A DNA stretch of 64,000 bases from Desulfatiglandales bacterium (GCA_963666345.1 OY762721.1:3136001-3200000), one strand, 5' to 3'. Shown: positions 30,246 through 41,063, numbered from the stretch's first letter. Numbers and translations are program-made. Notes: generated by a model from the letters alone, not told the origin.

Positions 30246-31604
30246 TTATTCTTTGACTGCGGCCCGCATCATGGCAAGCGCCTGGTGCGAGGCATTGATC
30301 AGGGGATGTACAGTCGGCGCTGCAGTAAGGAGCGGATGAGTGGCTATCTGAATCATGTCCAGTTCCCTTACCGTAACGCCCTTCTGTATTGCAAGGGCTA
30401 TCACATTGATTAATTCACCCACGGCTGCACATCCATATACCTGGCCTCCCAGTATGATCCCTGATCTGGGTGAAAAACAGAGTTTGACTTTGCATTCACA
30501 GGCATCAGGAAGGGTTATTGGGTGCCTGTCGTAGGCTGCCGCGCTTGAGGAGATTGAATGGAAATTTTCTTTCTTGCCTGTACGGCATATCATTCCGGCA
30601 CTCGCGAAGGAGACTCCTCCCAGCCTGGTTGAAAATGCGGCAATGGTTCCAGGCATCTGATTGAGCACGCGAATTCCGTATAGATTGACCCCGGCGTTCC
30701 TGGCCTCCGAGGTCGCAGTCGAAGCGAGCCATACCGGGACCTCCCGTCTTGTGAAAAAATCCCGTTTGAGCGCGCAGTCGCCAACCGCAAATACACCTTC
30801 CGTGTCTGTCTGCATATAATCATCAACCCATATGGAGCCTTTGTCCGTAATACGCAGGCCTGCCTGCCTGGCAATCTCAACCGAAGGTTTTGCCCCTGCA
30901 CTGAGAATAACGACGTCCGCGGGGATGATCCGGCCGTCTTCCAGCGTAACCGAGTCCACGTGGCCGTTACCGTTTATCGACATAACACGGCTGTCTGTAT
31001 GCAGGTTGACCCCTTGTTCAACCAGCACCTCTTCCACCTTGTCACAAAACTCGTCATCAAATGCCGCCGACAGAAGCTTGGGCAGAATTTCAACGAGGTG
31101 AGTTTCCATCCCGTCTATCTTGCTTAATTCATCCGCAAATTCGGCCCCGATAAATCCGCCTCCGATGATCACTATTTTTCTCGAGTGCTCTATTTTATCA
31201 CGAAGACTTGTCATGTGAGACAGGCTTTTTCGAATGGTATAGACTCCCTCTTTTTCGATTCCCGGAATAGGCGGTTTGACGGATTCCGTACCTGTGGCAA
31301 GGACAAGCCTTTCGTAGGAAATCGTCTGTCCTGACTCTATGGTAACGGTTTTTGCCTTTCTGTCAATGGAGACAACCTTGCCGACAATGATTTTCACCCC
31401 TGCATTATTGAGCGGTTGATCACCCATTGCGTTTTGTTTGGGGTCAGGCATGGTATTCATCATATATGGTATGGCGCAGGGGATGACGCTGTCTCCGATT
31501 TCCTTGATAAGGCAAACTGATTTTTCAGGGTACACGCTTTTTGCCGTCATACCTGTTATTACGCCTGCAGGGCCACCACCAATGATAACAACGTTAAATT
31601 CCAT
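30246..31604 (-). CDS. FAD-dependent pyridine nucleotide-disulfide oxidoreductase (NADH oxidase/CoA-disulfide reductase family)
   Basis: IIGGGPAG, single redox Cys in IPCAIPY, IGGGFIGAE, FAVGDCA; RBS AAGGAG. Confidence 0.9.
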   Translation of the reverse strand: MEFNVVIIGGGPAGVITGMTAKSVYPEKSVCLIKEIGDSVIPCAIPYMMNTMPDPKQNAMGDQPLNNAGVKIIVGKVVSIDRKAKTVTIESGQTISYERLVLATGTESVKPPIPGIEKEGVYTIRKSLSHMTSLRDKIEHSRKIVIIGGGFIGAEFADELSKIDGMETHLVEILPKLLSAAFDDEFCDKVEEVLVEQGVNLHTDSRVMSINGNGHVDSVTLEDGRIIPADVVILSAGAKPSVEIARQAGLRITDKGSIWVDDYMQTDTEGVFAVGDCALKRDFFTRREVPVWLASTATSEARNAGVNLYGIRVLNQMPGTIAAFSTRLGGVSFASAGMICRTGKKENFHSISSSAAAYDRHPITLPDACECKVKLCFSPRSGIILGGQVYGCAAVGELINVIALAIQKGVTVRELDMIQIATHPLLTAAPTVHPLINASHQALAMMRAAVKE

Positions 31605-32049
31605 AAAAGTCTCCTTAAAATTGATCTTGATTGAAGAAATGGTTGAATACAAACTTCTCTGCCGTCTCAATTATCATGTTATTACAGCTGATTAATTTGT
31701 ATAAGGTAATCCACCCAATGGAGGCTAAAGTCCCCGGACAGGAAACGGAATCCGCGGTTGAGACAGTCCTGCAGCGCGGGTCAATGCCGGTCCTCTAACA
31801 GATTATTTGAGCGGATTTACAGTAAAGGCGGGATATCTCCGGTGTCAAAAACTTGAAATATCTTTGACTCTGACAGGGGAGGCATCCCGGGGAATGTGTG
31901 AAGTCACTGTTTCCAACAGCTTCTTATATGAATTCAAAGATGGGGTTCAAAGATATGCGGTATTTCTGTCATGTTTTAGTTTTTTGACCTTCCTGAATTT
32001 CCGATCGATCAAGGGCTGCCATGAGAACGATCAGTAAAAAAATATACCA

Positions 32050-32064
32050 GCAAATAATATGCCA
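32050..32064 (-). promoter_or_regulatory. Sigma54 (-24/-12) promoter
   Basis: Minus strand TGGCATATTATTTGC, near-consensus. Confidence 0.65.
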
Positions 32065-32319
32065 TGTTTTCAGGGCCAGTCGAAACGGGATAATATGCCG
32101 ATATGAATGGAAAATAAAATTGGCTTTTAGCCGGGCAGGGAAAAATGGGGACAGGCCTGTGTCAGGTTTTTTTACTATCTGACAAAAAGAGGGGGTGATA
32201 ACACCTGAAGCGGACTATTGCAGAGGCCTTCCATCCGGGGGGATAGGTCATAATTAAACAAATCCGCGTCTCAGGCATTTCAGATGCACTGTGACAGGAA
32301 AGAGGTGAATCCTCGGCCT

Positions 32320-33621
32320 TTATCTCATGAGACCGGGGAGAAAGAGTGCGATACCGGGAAACGGTATCAGTATCATGGCGCATGCGATAAGGGCGAGCAG
32401 GAATGGAAAGGCACCTTTAAAGATTGTCTGAAGCGGCACGTCCTTTGCCACTCCGTTTACCACATAGACATTTACCCCCACAGGAGGTGTTATCACTCCC
32501 ATCTGTGTTACGAGTACAATAATTACACCGAACCAGATAGGATTGTAACCCATCTCCGTAACCACGGGGTAAAATATGGGTATGGTGAGGAGAATCAAGG
32601 CCAGGGCGTCGATGAAACAACCGCCCACCAGGTAGATTAATATGATAAATGCCATAATGGCGAAATTGGGCAGGGGCATTTCACTGACCCAGGTTGCAAC
32701 CGCATAGGGAATCCTGGTAATGGCCAGAAAATGGCCGAAAAGGGTTGCCCCTGCCACTATCACCATCACCATGCATGAAATTCTGGTGCTTTCGTAGACC
32801 GCCTGCAGGCATTTTTTCCATGTGAGGCGTCTTCTGAGGAAACCCAGCAGGATCGCTCCTCCGGCCCCGATAGCGCCGGCTTCAGTGGGTGTGAAAAATC
32901 CTACAAACAGGCCTCCCATGACCAGCACAAATAGCGCCAGGGTTTCACCCACCCCTGAAAGGGATATGATCTTCTGCCTGAAGGTCGTCTTTGGACCCTT
33001 GGGTGCAATGTCTGGCCTCAAGCTGACCCAGATATATATGGTGAGAGCGAAAAGCAGAGAGAGCAATATCCCTGGCAATACACCCGCCACAAAAAGCTTG
33101 CCGATCGACTGCTCGGTCAGAATTCCGTAAACAATGAAGATCACGCTCGGAGGGATGAGTATCCCGAGGCTCCCCCCCGCCGCTACAGTGCCGCTGCCCA
33201 GTGCCATGCCGTATTTATAGCGTTTCATTTCAGGCAGGGCGACCGTGGCCATGGTGGCTGCTGCGGCATTTGTCGAGCCGCATATTGCGGCAAAACCGGC
33301 ACAGGCGCCGATGGTGGCCATGGCAAGACCTCCCGGCATATGCCCTACAAAGGTATAGGCGGTGTCAAACAGGCGCCTGCTTATACCTGCATGAAAGGTT
33401 ATCTGACCCATAAGTATGAATAGGGGAACCACCGTGAGGCTGTATGAGCCGAAGACATTGAAGAAGTCCTTGGCCAGCATCCTCATCCCGGCCTCCCAGG
33501 AGACCACGTAGCTGAACCCCACGACCCCGAGAAGGGCCATTACAAAGCCTACAGGCATGCGCGAGAAAAGGATGATAATGAGTATGATTAATCCGATGAA
33601 ACCTACCGTTGTTGGGTCCAT
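32320..33621 (-). CDS. dctM: TRAP transporter large permease
   Basis: VPLFILMG, GGSLGILIPPS, FTPTEAGA, GVITPPVG; start MDPTTVG. Confidence 0.94.
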   Translation of the reverse strand: MDPTTVGFIGLIILIIILFSRMPVGFVMALLGVVGFSYVVSWEAGMRMLAKDFFNVFGSYSLTVVPLFILMGQITFHAGISRRLFDTAYTFVGHMPGGLAMATIGACAGFAAICGSTNAAAATMATVALPEMKRYKYGMALGSGTVAAGGSLGILIPPSVIFIVYGILTEQSIGKLFVAGVLPGILLSLLFALTIYIWVSLRPDIAPKGPKTTFRQKIISLSGVGETLALFVLVMGGLFVGFFTPTEAGAIGAGGAILLGFLRRRLTWKKCLQAVYESTRISCMVMVIVAGATLFGHFLAITRIPYAVATWVSEMPLPNFAIMAFIILIYLVGGCFIDALALILLTIPIFYPVVTEMGYNPIWFGVIIVLVTQMGVITPPVGVNVYVVNGVAKDVPLQTIFKGAFPFLLALIACAMILIPFPGIALFLPGLMR

Positions 33622-33664
33622 GGGGCTGCTCCCTTCAATCTGCGCCTTTTTATGAGTGCCCGAA

Positions 33665-34174
33665 TCACATAGCGTCTTTCCAGCGATACCAGGGTCCGGC
33701 CTTTCCTGCCACAACCCTCACGAAATCGACTATCAGAACCACGCAGACTACTGCCGAGGAAAAGGCAATTCCATACAGGACAGGGAAAAACGGGAATCGC
33801 AAAGTGAGAGATACCTCACCCGATGCACGAAAATCATTTCCGTATTGTATGGATTCCCATGCAAGAAGGGCGAAGAGAAATATGCCAAGAAGCTGAGAGC
33901 TCAGATATATAACTTTGCGGGTACCTGAAGGCAGGGCTGCTACAAGTACCTCAACCGCGACATGGCCCCTGTTGATAGTGGTGTGGGCCATGGCAAAGGA
34001 GGCAACGGCGGCCCCCAAGAACCCTACCAGCTCATAGGTGCCCAGAATGGGGTGCCTGAAGAGTCTCAGTATGACATCTGCACAGGTCAGGGCGGTCATT
34101 CCGAGGAGAGACCATCCTGCAATTATATTCAAGAAATCGGCGAGTCTTCGAACCTGTTTCGGGGCGGAGGACAT
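33665..34174 (-). CDS. dctQ: TRAP transporter small permease
   Basis: Four TM helices; DVILR...P...ELV, GHVAVE. Confidence 0.9.
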   Translation of the reverse strand: MSSAPKQVRRLADFLNIIAGWSLLGMTALTCADVILRLFRHPILGTYELVGFLGAAVASFAMAHTTINRGHVAVEVLVAALPSGTRKVIYLSSQLLGIFLFALLAWESIQYGNDFRASGEVSLTLRFPFFPVLYGIAFSSAVVCVVLIVDFVRVVAGKAGPWYRWKDAM

Positions 34175-34201
34175 GGCGTAACTCCCGTTTCTTTTTTTTA
34201 A

Positions 34202-34239
34202 GCAGTGAGATCACCCTTTTAGGAGCGTGATCTCACTGC
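34202..34239 (-). terminator. Strong intercistronic hairpin between dctP and dctQ
   Basis: 13-bp perfect stem GCAGTGAGATCAC/GTGATCTCACTGC. Confidence 0.6.
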
Positions 34240-34250
34240 CTGGTTACAGT

Positions 34251-35279
34251 CTATTTCGCTGCGTATTTGTCGATGGATTCACGAATGAATTTAACATATT
34301 CATCACCCGGCAGGCCTTTATCCTTGAGTGATGATGCATAGTCGTCGATTACAGGAGAGACGGCCTTTGCCCAACGCGCGCTTTCCTCATTTGAAAGGGA
34401 GATAATCTTATTGCCCAGACTTTGGGTGTATTTCTTGCCCGCGGCGTCGGCAGTGTCCCACCCCTCTGCATGTTTGGCTATCCATTCCTTGCTGACCTCG
34501 TCAAAGACCTTCTGGATATCGGCGGGAAGCGCGTTCCATTTGTCCAGGTTCATGATTACATACATTGCCGTTGTGTAACCGACGCTGAAACACTCGGTAG
34601 TGGATTTGATCACTTCCGCCTGTTTCCAGCCCTTAAGTACCTCGATAGGGGCAAGGGTCCCTTCCACGACACCTTTTTGAAGGGCCTCATAGGCACCACC
34701 CTGTCCCATTGCAACGGGAACCCCACCAAGGGCCTTTGCGGCCTTTGCGCTGAAACCTGTGCAGCGGATCTTCAAACCTTTCAGATCCTCCATCTTATAT
34801 ACGGGTTTCTTGCTGTGGAGAAGTCCCGGGCCATGTGCATGCAGGTAGAAGAGTTTTACCTTTGAAATGGCCTTGGGCTTGAAGCGATTGTAAAAATCAT
34901 TGGCAACATAGGTAGCGACCTTGCCGCTCGGGTAACCCATCGGAAGGTCGAGCGCCTCCATTGAAGGGAATCTTCCTGCGGTGTAGGCGAAAAGAGACAT
35001 TCCGATATCTGAAACCCCCTTGACAACACCGTCGAACATGCCGGGTCCCTTTAATAGCGCCCCACCTGGGAAGTAAGTGAACTTTACCCTTCCATCGGTT
35101 CGTTTTTCTATTTCCTTTGCCCATGAGTCGCCCAGCTTTGCATTGAAATGGGAGGGCGGAAAGAAGTTGCTGTATGTGAGCATGATCGTCTTAGGTCCAG
35201 ACGCATGGGCGCTAATAAGGGGTAGTGCCATAATGCACAGACCCAGGATTGAGATTAAGAACCACTTTTTGTTTTTCAT
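34251..35279 (-). CDS. dctP: TRAP transporter substrate-binding protein
   Basis: Signal peptide; IEKRTDGRVK, DLKGLKIR, YEALQKGVVEG. Confidence 0.93.
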   Translation of the reverse strand: MKNKKWFLISILGLCIMALPLISAHASGPKTIMLTYSNFFPPSHFNAKLGDSWAKEIEKRTDGRVKFTYFPGGALLKGPGMFDGVVKGVSDIGMSLFAYTAGRFPSMEALDLPMGYPSGKVATYVANDFYNRFKPKAISKVKLFYLHAHGPGLLHSKKPVYKMEDLKGLKIRCTGFSAKAAKALGGVPVAMGQGGAYEALQKGVVEGTLAPIEVLKGWKQAEVIKSTTECFSVGYTTAMYVIMNLDKWNALPADIQKVFDEVSKEWIAKHAEGWDTADAAGKKYTQSLGNKIISLSNEESARWAKAVSPVIDDYASSLKDKGLPGDEYVKFIRESIDKYAAK

Positions 35280-35559
35280 AATTTCCTCCCCTTAAAATTT
35301 AAATTGACGTCTTACCTAAACCGTACCCTTAAGTCCCACCTCCTTTCTTCATGGGCAATTGAACGGCTCAAAGTTATTAAACGGAAATCTTTGATGAACT
35401 CCATAGTTAAGAGTTAAGGGGTAAATAATAAGAAACCCAAAAGTGGAAAGCTTGATAACCGAAAGAAAAAATGACAAGACCATACATGAGTCCCCCATAT
35501 CCCTGGATGGAGTGCTCAGGCAAAAAAAAGAAAGGTAGCTATAAAATAATTACAATGTA

Positions 35560-35588
35560 TTTATAAGCCAGCGCTCATGGTCTGTCAA
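35560..35588 (-). promoter_or_regulatory. Sigma70 promoter of TRAP operon 1
   Basis: Minus strand TTGACA-17-TATAAA. Confidence 0.6.
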
Positions 35589-36085
35589 GAAACTTTTGGG
35601 CCTCTTCCATCTAAAAACCGGAAGTCGATTTGTACCGGAATATAGGTCGGAGAACCTTTATGTGATGGATGCGACGGCTTATCTCTTTTCTACAGGTGGT
35701 GTAGGGGCAAAAACCGATTAGGAGATGTTAGGTGATCGCATATCAAGGAGAATTATCCACCAATGACGACCTAAGATAATATAATATGGAAAAAAGCTAA
35801 AAAGGTCAACATATTGGTGAAAACGTATAAAAACAGTAGATTAGTGCTATTATTTTTTTTGATAAATCAAATAAATATTAAAATCCTTGATTCACCATCA
35901 AAAACCCGGTATGGGAATTTGTTACTTTTCAGGGGTAAATCGATGCCGGGTTGCCTGGAACGGGATTTTCTACCGTATGTTGATCAGGTGGTGGGTTGCT
36001 GGAAATACAATCAAGGTAAAGGACCGGAGATAAGACATTTATGTGGTTAGGTGTCCGTGGAAAATAGCGTGGTCTCATGATGAGC

Positions 36086-36114
36086 TTGACAAACCTGAAT
36101 GGTATGTTTATAGT
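36086..36114 (+). promoter_or_regulatory. Sigma70 promoter of the Gld-like ABC operon
   Basis: TTGACA-17-TATAGT. Confidence 0.65.
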
Positions 36115-36212
36115 TGTTACCTATTATAATTAGTGTAATTATATCAATATGTTAGATTCTTGCAGTCATGGCTGGCTCTGACTGCAGTACTCTAAAAAAA
36201 GGAGTGTTGCCA

Positions 36213-37148
36213 ATGATTGAGGCAAAGAACCTCGTTAAGTACTTCGGTCATAAGTTGGCGGTCGATGATATATCCTTCACCGTTGAAAAGGGAGAGGTCC
36301 TCGGCTTTCTCGGACCCAATGCGGCTGGAAAGTCAACTACAATGAGAATGTTAACAGGTTTTATCTCTCCCAGTTCAGGCACCTCCGTTATCGGAGGGAG
36401 AGATATTGTAAAAGAGCCCTTTGAGGCGAGAAAAATGATCGGCTACCTTCCTGAAAACGCTCCAACCTACCCGGATATGACGGTAACCGGGTTCCTCGAA
36501 TTTATTTCAGAGATAAGGGGATTTTCAGGTAAGGAAAAATTTGCAAGGGTCGAAAAGGTACTTGAAAGATGCTTCCTTTCAGAGGTACGCTTTCAGACCA
36601 TCAATACCCTTTCAAAGGGATTCAAACAGCGGGTCTGTTTTGCCCAGAGTATCCTGCACGATCCTGAGTATCTGATCATGGACGAACCGACCGACGGGCT
36701 TGACCCCAACCAGAAGCACGAAGTGAGGGCCATGATAAAAGAGATGGCCCTGGACAAGGCTATAATACTTTCCACCCACAATCTAGAGGAGGTGGAGGCG
36801 ATCTGCTCAAGGGCGATCATCATAGCTAAAGGAAGGATCGTGGCAGATGATACCCCCTCGGGACTCAAGGCCGGGTCATCACTTCACGGGGCGATCTGCG
36901 TGACTCTCATGTGCGGTTGTGATGAAGCGGTCATTGAAGAGATCCGGGGACTTCCGGGAGTCGGTTCGGTTGAAACAGTGGAAAAGACGGAATCTGAAGT
37001 CACGCTTCGAATATTTGCTGAAGATGGCGGGGGGTGCGGTTCTCAGGATCTGATTCGGTTTTTTATGAAAAAGGAGATGCCGACGGAAAAAATATTCATT
37101 GAAGAAGGTCGTCTGGATGAGGTCTTCAGGAAGGTAACGACAAGTTGA
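36213..37148 (+). CDS. ABC-2 type ATP-binding protein (GldA-like)
   Basis: GPNAAGKST, LSKGFKQR, MDEPTDGLDPNQ; RBS AAGGAG. Confidence 0.92.
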   Translation: MIEAKNLVKYFGHKLAVDDISFTVEKGEVLGFLGPNAAGKSTTMRMLTGFISPSSGTSVIGGRDIVKEPFEARKMIGYLPENAPTYPDMTVTGFLEFISEIRGFSGKEKFARVEKVLERCFLSEVRFQTINTLSKGFKQRVCFAQSILHDPEYLIMDEPTDGLDPNQKHEVRAMIKEMALDKAIILSTHNLEEVEAICSRAIIIAKGRIVADDTPSGLKAGSSLHGAICVTLMCGCDEAVIEEIRGLPGVGSVETVEKTESEVTLRIFAEDGGGCGSQDLIRFFMKKEMPTEKIFIEEGRLDEVFRKVTTS

Positions 37149-37224
37149 TATCTGAAAACCGGTATCAGGATGCGGGTGCCGGTTAAAACAAAAATAAACG
37201 GAGATGCTTTAGAGGTTAATCTAT

Positions 37225-37956
37225 ATGACTAATATCTGGGCTATAGTAAAGAGGGAACTTGCAGGCTATTTCTGTTCGCCTGTGGCATATGTGTTTATCG
37301 TGATATTTTTACTGCTTTCAGGTTTTTTTACTTTTTCCGTAAGCCATTTCTATGAAAACGGACAGGCAGACCTGGCAGCCTTTTTCGGATGGCAGCCGTG
37401 GATTTTTCTTCTCCTGGTCCCGGCCGTAGGCATGAGACTCTGGGCCGAGGAACGGCGCACCGGAACTATAGAACTGCTCCTTACACTTCCTGTCACCCTT
37501 ACGGAGGCTGTTCTCGGAAAATTCATTGCAGCATGGCTGTTCCTGGCGCTTGCCCTGTTCTTGACATTTCCACTGGTCATCACAGTGGCATATCTGGGAA
37601 ATCCTGACATGGGCGCCATATTTTGCGCTTATTTTGGGAATATTCTAATGGCCGGGGCTTATCTGAGCGTGGGAAGCATGACTTCATCCCTGACCAGAAA
37701 TCAGGTGGTCAGTTTTATCCTTGCGGTGGTCATCTGCCTTTTCCTGGTCATTGCCGGGTGGACTCCGGTGACCGAGGTCCTTTCAGGTTGGGCCCCACTC
37801 TGGCTGGTTGAGACAATATCCAGTTTCAGTTTTATCTCCCATTTCTCCTCCATTCAAAGGGGAGTCCTGGATGCCAGGGATCTCATTTATTATGTCTCAG
37901 TGATATTTTTCATGCTCTATGCAAACGGCGTAATCCTGCTCAACCGCAGGACCTGA
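37225..37956 (+). CDS. ABC-2 permease (GldF-like)
   Basis: RELAGYFCSPVAY, MRLWAEERRTGTIELLLTLP. Confidence 0.92.
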   Translation: MTNIWAIVKRELAGYFCSPVAYVFIVIFLLLSGFFTFSVSHFYENGQADLAAFFGWQPWIFLLLVPAVGMRLWAEERRTGTIELLLTLPVTLTEAVLGKFIAAWLFLALALFLTFPLVITVAYLGNPDMGAIFCAYFGNILMAGAYLSVGSMTSSLTRNQVVSFILAVVICLFLVIAGWTPVTEVLSGWAPLWLVETISSFSFISHFSSIQRGVLDARDLIYYVSVIFFMLYANGVILLNRRT

Positions 37957-37972
37957 TAAAGGAGGATCTTAC

Positions 37973-39853
37973 ATGGTAAAAAAAAGAGGATATGATTCCA
38001 AAAAAATACTCCTCTCGTTAACCGGACTGGTAATACTGTTTGTCATACTTATCCTCGGCAATGTTCTGCTGTCATTTGCAAACATCCGTTATGACGCTAC
38101 AGAGGAAAAGATTTATTCCCTGTCCAAGGGTACGGAAAACATCATCTCGGCACTGGATGATAAGATTACCGTCAAGTTCTTCTTCAGCCGCAGTAATCCC
38201 GATTTTCCGGCGAATCTCAAGTTGTACGCCAAAAGAGTCAGGGATTTCCTTTCCGAGTACGAGAACTCAAGCGGCGGCAGGATAGACGTGGAAATATATG
38301 ATCCCAAGGCCGATTCCGATGAAGAGGAATGGGCCCTCAAATATGGGGTAAAGCCGATGCAGCTCGCCAGCGGGGAAAAGATCTTCTGCGGGCTTGTATT
38401 TCTTTCGCTTGAGCAGGAGCAGACGATCGGGCTGCTGGATCCTGCCAGGGAACCTCTTCTTGAATACGATATAACAAGAATAATAAATGACCTCAGGACG
38501 TTCAAAAAAAAGAAAATAGGAATTATCTCAACCCTGCCTGTTTTCGGCCAGCAGGGGTACCAGATGCCGGGGCAGCCCGGAAGCGAGGCCTGGTACTTTG
38601 TTACCGAGCTGAAAAAGACCTACGAACTGAGCAATATCCCGATTTCCTCGGAAAAGCTCGACAACTCTCTGGACCTATTGATAGTCATTCATCCCAAGGC
38701 CCTGAGTGAAAAATTGCTCTACGCGGTTGATCAGTATGTAGTATCAGGGGGTAATGCCATTATATTTGTTGATCCGGCCTGTGTCAGCGCGTCAACTCGG
38801 GGTCCCGGCGGCATGGTAAGGCCTTCAAGTTCTTCCATGGACAGGCTTTTTACGGCCTGGGGCATTTCAATGGATTCCACAAAGGCCGTGGTGGATTTTG
38901 ATCAGCCCACAAGACTCAGAACACGTGATAACCTTATAGAGAATAATCCTGCCTGGATTTCAGTCAGACAAGGGGCCTTCAATGAGTCGGATGTGGTGAC
39001 TTCCGGCCTTGAGAGGGTGTTACTGCCTGTTGCAGGGGCTATAAAGAAGACGGAAGGAAGTAGCTGCGAATTCGAGCATCTTCTGCAATCAGGCACAAAC
39101 GCGGGGCTGGTGGATCCATTTACCGCAAACGCAGAGGTGCGGGACATAAAAAAAGCGGTTGTGCCTTCAGAGAAACCGCTGAATCTGGCAGTGCGTGTCC
39201 GGGATATTTTCAAGACCGCCTTTCCTGAAGGCCTGCCTGAGTCAAAGAAGGAATCGGATAAAAAGGACCAGAATAGCAGCCACATAGATAAGGGTACAAA
39301 GAAAAGCACCATAATAGTAATTGCCGACGTGGACATGCTTGCGGACGGTTACTATATCTCTAAAGGCAGTTTCCTTGGCTTTCCCGTATCAGAGGTCTTC
39401 AACGACAATCTTAATCTACTCTCCAACGCAAGCGAGATGCTTACAGGCAGTGAGGATCTTATAGGACTGAGGTCAAGGGGTTCATTCGAAAGGCCCTTTT
39501 CCGTGGTTCTTGAGCTTGAAAGAAGGGCTCAGGAAAGATGGATGAGCAAAGAGAAGGAGCTTGTAAAAAGGGCGGAAGAGACAAACAGGCTTCTCAATGA
39601 ACTTCAGCAGAGAAAAGACGAATCGCAGAAACTGATAATAAGTCCTGAACAGGAGGCTGAGATAGCCAAGTTCCGTGAGCAGAAACGGGCAATCGACAAG
39701 GAGTTGAAAGAGGTCAGAAAAAAGCTGAGAGAGGATATCGAGGCCTTGGGTGCCATGCTGAAGGCGGTAAATATCTTTCTGATTCCACTTATTATATCGA
39801 TCTGCGGGATAGGATTTGCCGTTTACAGACAAAGAAGGATTAAGAAAAAATGA
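37973..39853 (+). CDS. GldG-family ABC auxiliary protein
   Basis: N- and C-terminal TM; DATEEKIYSLS, LEYDITR, DQYVVSGG, IADVDML. Confidence 0.88.
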   Translation: MVKKRGYDSKKILLSLTGLVILFVILILGNVLLSFANIRYDATEEKIYSLSKGTENIISALDDKITVKFFFSRSNPDFPANLKLYAKRVRDFLSEYENSSGGRIDVEIYDPKADSDEEEWALKYGVKPMQLASGEKIFCGLVFLSLEQEQTIGLLDPAREPLLEYDITRIINDLRTFKKKKIGIISTLPVFGQQGYQMPGQPGSEAWYFVTELKKTYELSNIPISSEKLDNSLDLLIVIHPKALSEKLLYAVDQYVVSGGNAIIFVDPACVSASTRGPGGMVRPSSSSMDRLFTAWGISMDSTKAVVDFDQPTRLRTRDNLIENNPAWISVRQGAFNESDVVTSGLERVLLPVAGAIKKTEGSSCEFEHLLQSGTNAGLVDPFTANAEVRDIKKAVVPSEKPLNLAVRVRDIFKTAFPEGLPESKKESDKKDQNSSHIDKGTKKSTIIVIADVDMLADGYYISKGSFLGFPVSEVFNDNLNLLSNASEMLTGSEDLIGLRSRGSFERPFSVVLELERRAQERWMSKEKELVKRAEETNRLLNELQQRKDESQKLIISPEQEAEIAKFREQKRAIDKELKEVRKKLREDIEALGAMLKAVNIFLIPLIISICGIGFAVYRQRRIKKK

Positions 39854-40995
39854 AATTCAAGAGTGTCGTTATACTGTCGATTGTGATGGCTGTCGCGGGG
39901 GCGGCCCTATTTGCCTTTTTGCAATTTAGAAACGAGGATCAGCCTGACCGTGAGCTTGGGGCCTATTTCCTGGAGGGGCTTCCGGCAAACAAGATAAACT
40001 CTATTGAAATAAAGTCGAAAGACGGGGCGGTTTCCCTCAAAAAGAGCGATTCCGAATGGGTTGTGACGGATCGCTACAATTACCCCGCTCAATTTTCAAA
40101 GATCTCAGGCCTTGTGAGGAAACTCAAGGATCTCAAGGTGGGAAGACGCTTTGAGGCCTCTGAGGGGAGCCTTGAAAGACTTTCACTTTACTCGCCTGAT
40201 GATCCTCAAGCCCCTGATAAGGCCGAGGGCACTCGGATTGAGCTCAAAGACGAAAAGGGAAATCTGCTTTCTGGGATAGTCCTTGGAAAGGTAAGAAAAA
40301 GCGGCCCTGACAGGAATATCTCCGACGGACACTATGTGATCAGGGATGGAGCCCCTGACATATATCTGGTCGACAAGCACTTTGAATATCTTGATAAGGC
40401 TCCTTCCGAATGGCTTGAAAAAGAACTTGTCAAAGTTGAGCAGAAAGATATCAAGGAGATAGTTTGTCTTGACAATAAAAAGGTACTGTTTTCTCTAAGG
40501 AAACAAAAGGAGGGTGAAGATTTCAGACTATCACCCATGAGAAAAGGGGAGAAGGTGAAGGAGCAGGCCGTAAAGAGGCTTTCTACCGCCATCTCTTCCC
40601 TGAGGCTTGAAGATGTTGCTGATCCTGGGCTCCCGCTCAAAGATACCGGGATAGATGAGACTCCCGACCTGGAATTCAGGCTGTTTAACGGGATGGTCTA
40701 TCGTCTGCTGCCGGGTAAATCGGTTGCTGATGAAGACGGATTCTATCTCAGGATCGTGGTATCATGCCAAAAGAAACCTGTGACTGAAAATAAGGCAACA
40801 GGCGATAAGGGGTCCGAGGAGGAGGGAGCCGAGGCTGAAAAGCTTGAAGAGGATACTCTTCCAAGGTCCGAGCAGTTGCGGAAACGTTTTTCTCCCTGGA
40901 CCTTCAAGATATCCAAGTGGCAGTATGAATCCTTTATCACTGAGAAAGATGAGTTATTCGAAACGCCTGAAGACAAAAAAAAGGAGGGGGCATAA
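39850..40995 (+). CDS. DUF4340 domain membrane-anchored protein
   Basis: N-terminal anchor, repeated beta-rich units, usual position after a GldG-like gene. Confidence 0.75.
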   Translation: MKFKSVVILSIVMAVAGAALFAFLQFRNEDQPDRELGAYFLEGLPANKINSIEIKSKDGAVSLKKSDSEWVVTDRYNYPAQFSKISGLVRKLKDLKVGRRFEASEGSLERLSLYSPDDPQAPDKAEGTRIELKDEKGNLLSGIVLGKVRKSGPDRNISDGHYVIRDGAPDIYLVDKHFEYLDKAPSEWLEKELVKVEQKDIKEIVCLDNKKVLFSLRKQKEGEDFRLSPMRKGEKVKEQAVKRLSTAISSLRLEDVADPGLPLKDTGIDETPDLEFRLFNGMVYRLLPGKSVADEDGFYLRIVVSCQKKPVTENKATGDKGSEEEGAEAEKLEEDTLPRSEQLRKRFSPWTFKISKWQYESFITEKDELFETPEDKKKEGA

Positions 40996-41063
40996 TAATT
41001 GCCGAGACACAAAAAGTTGTCCGGATAAGCAGCCTGTGTGATAAAAAATATTACGGGCATGCG

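Noticed and set aside
31721..31797. Plus-strand words (CTAAA, ACGGAA, TGAGACAG, ATGCCG) reminiscent of GEMM-I cyclic dinucleotide riboswitches
   Set aside because: P2/P3 stems and GNRA tetraloop-receptor cannot be formed, and the orientation is opposite to the adjacent gene
35814..36050. 78-aa ORF in the divergent intergenic region
   Set aside because: TTG start, no RBS, AT-rich promoter DNA, no protein-like features
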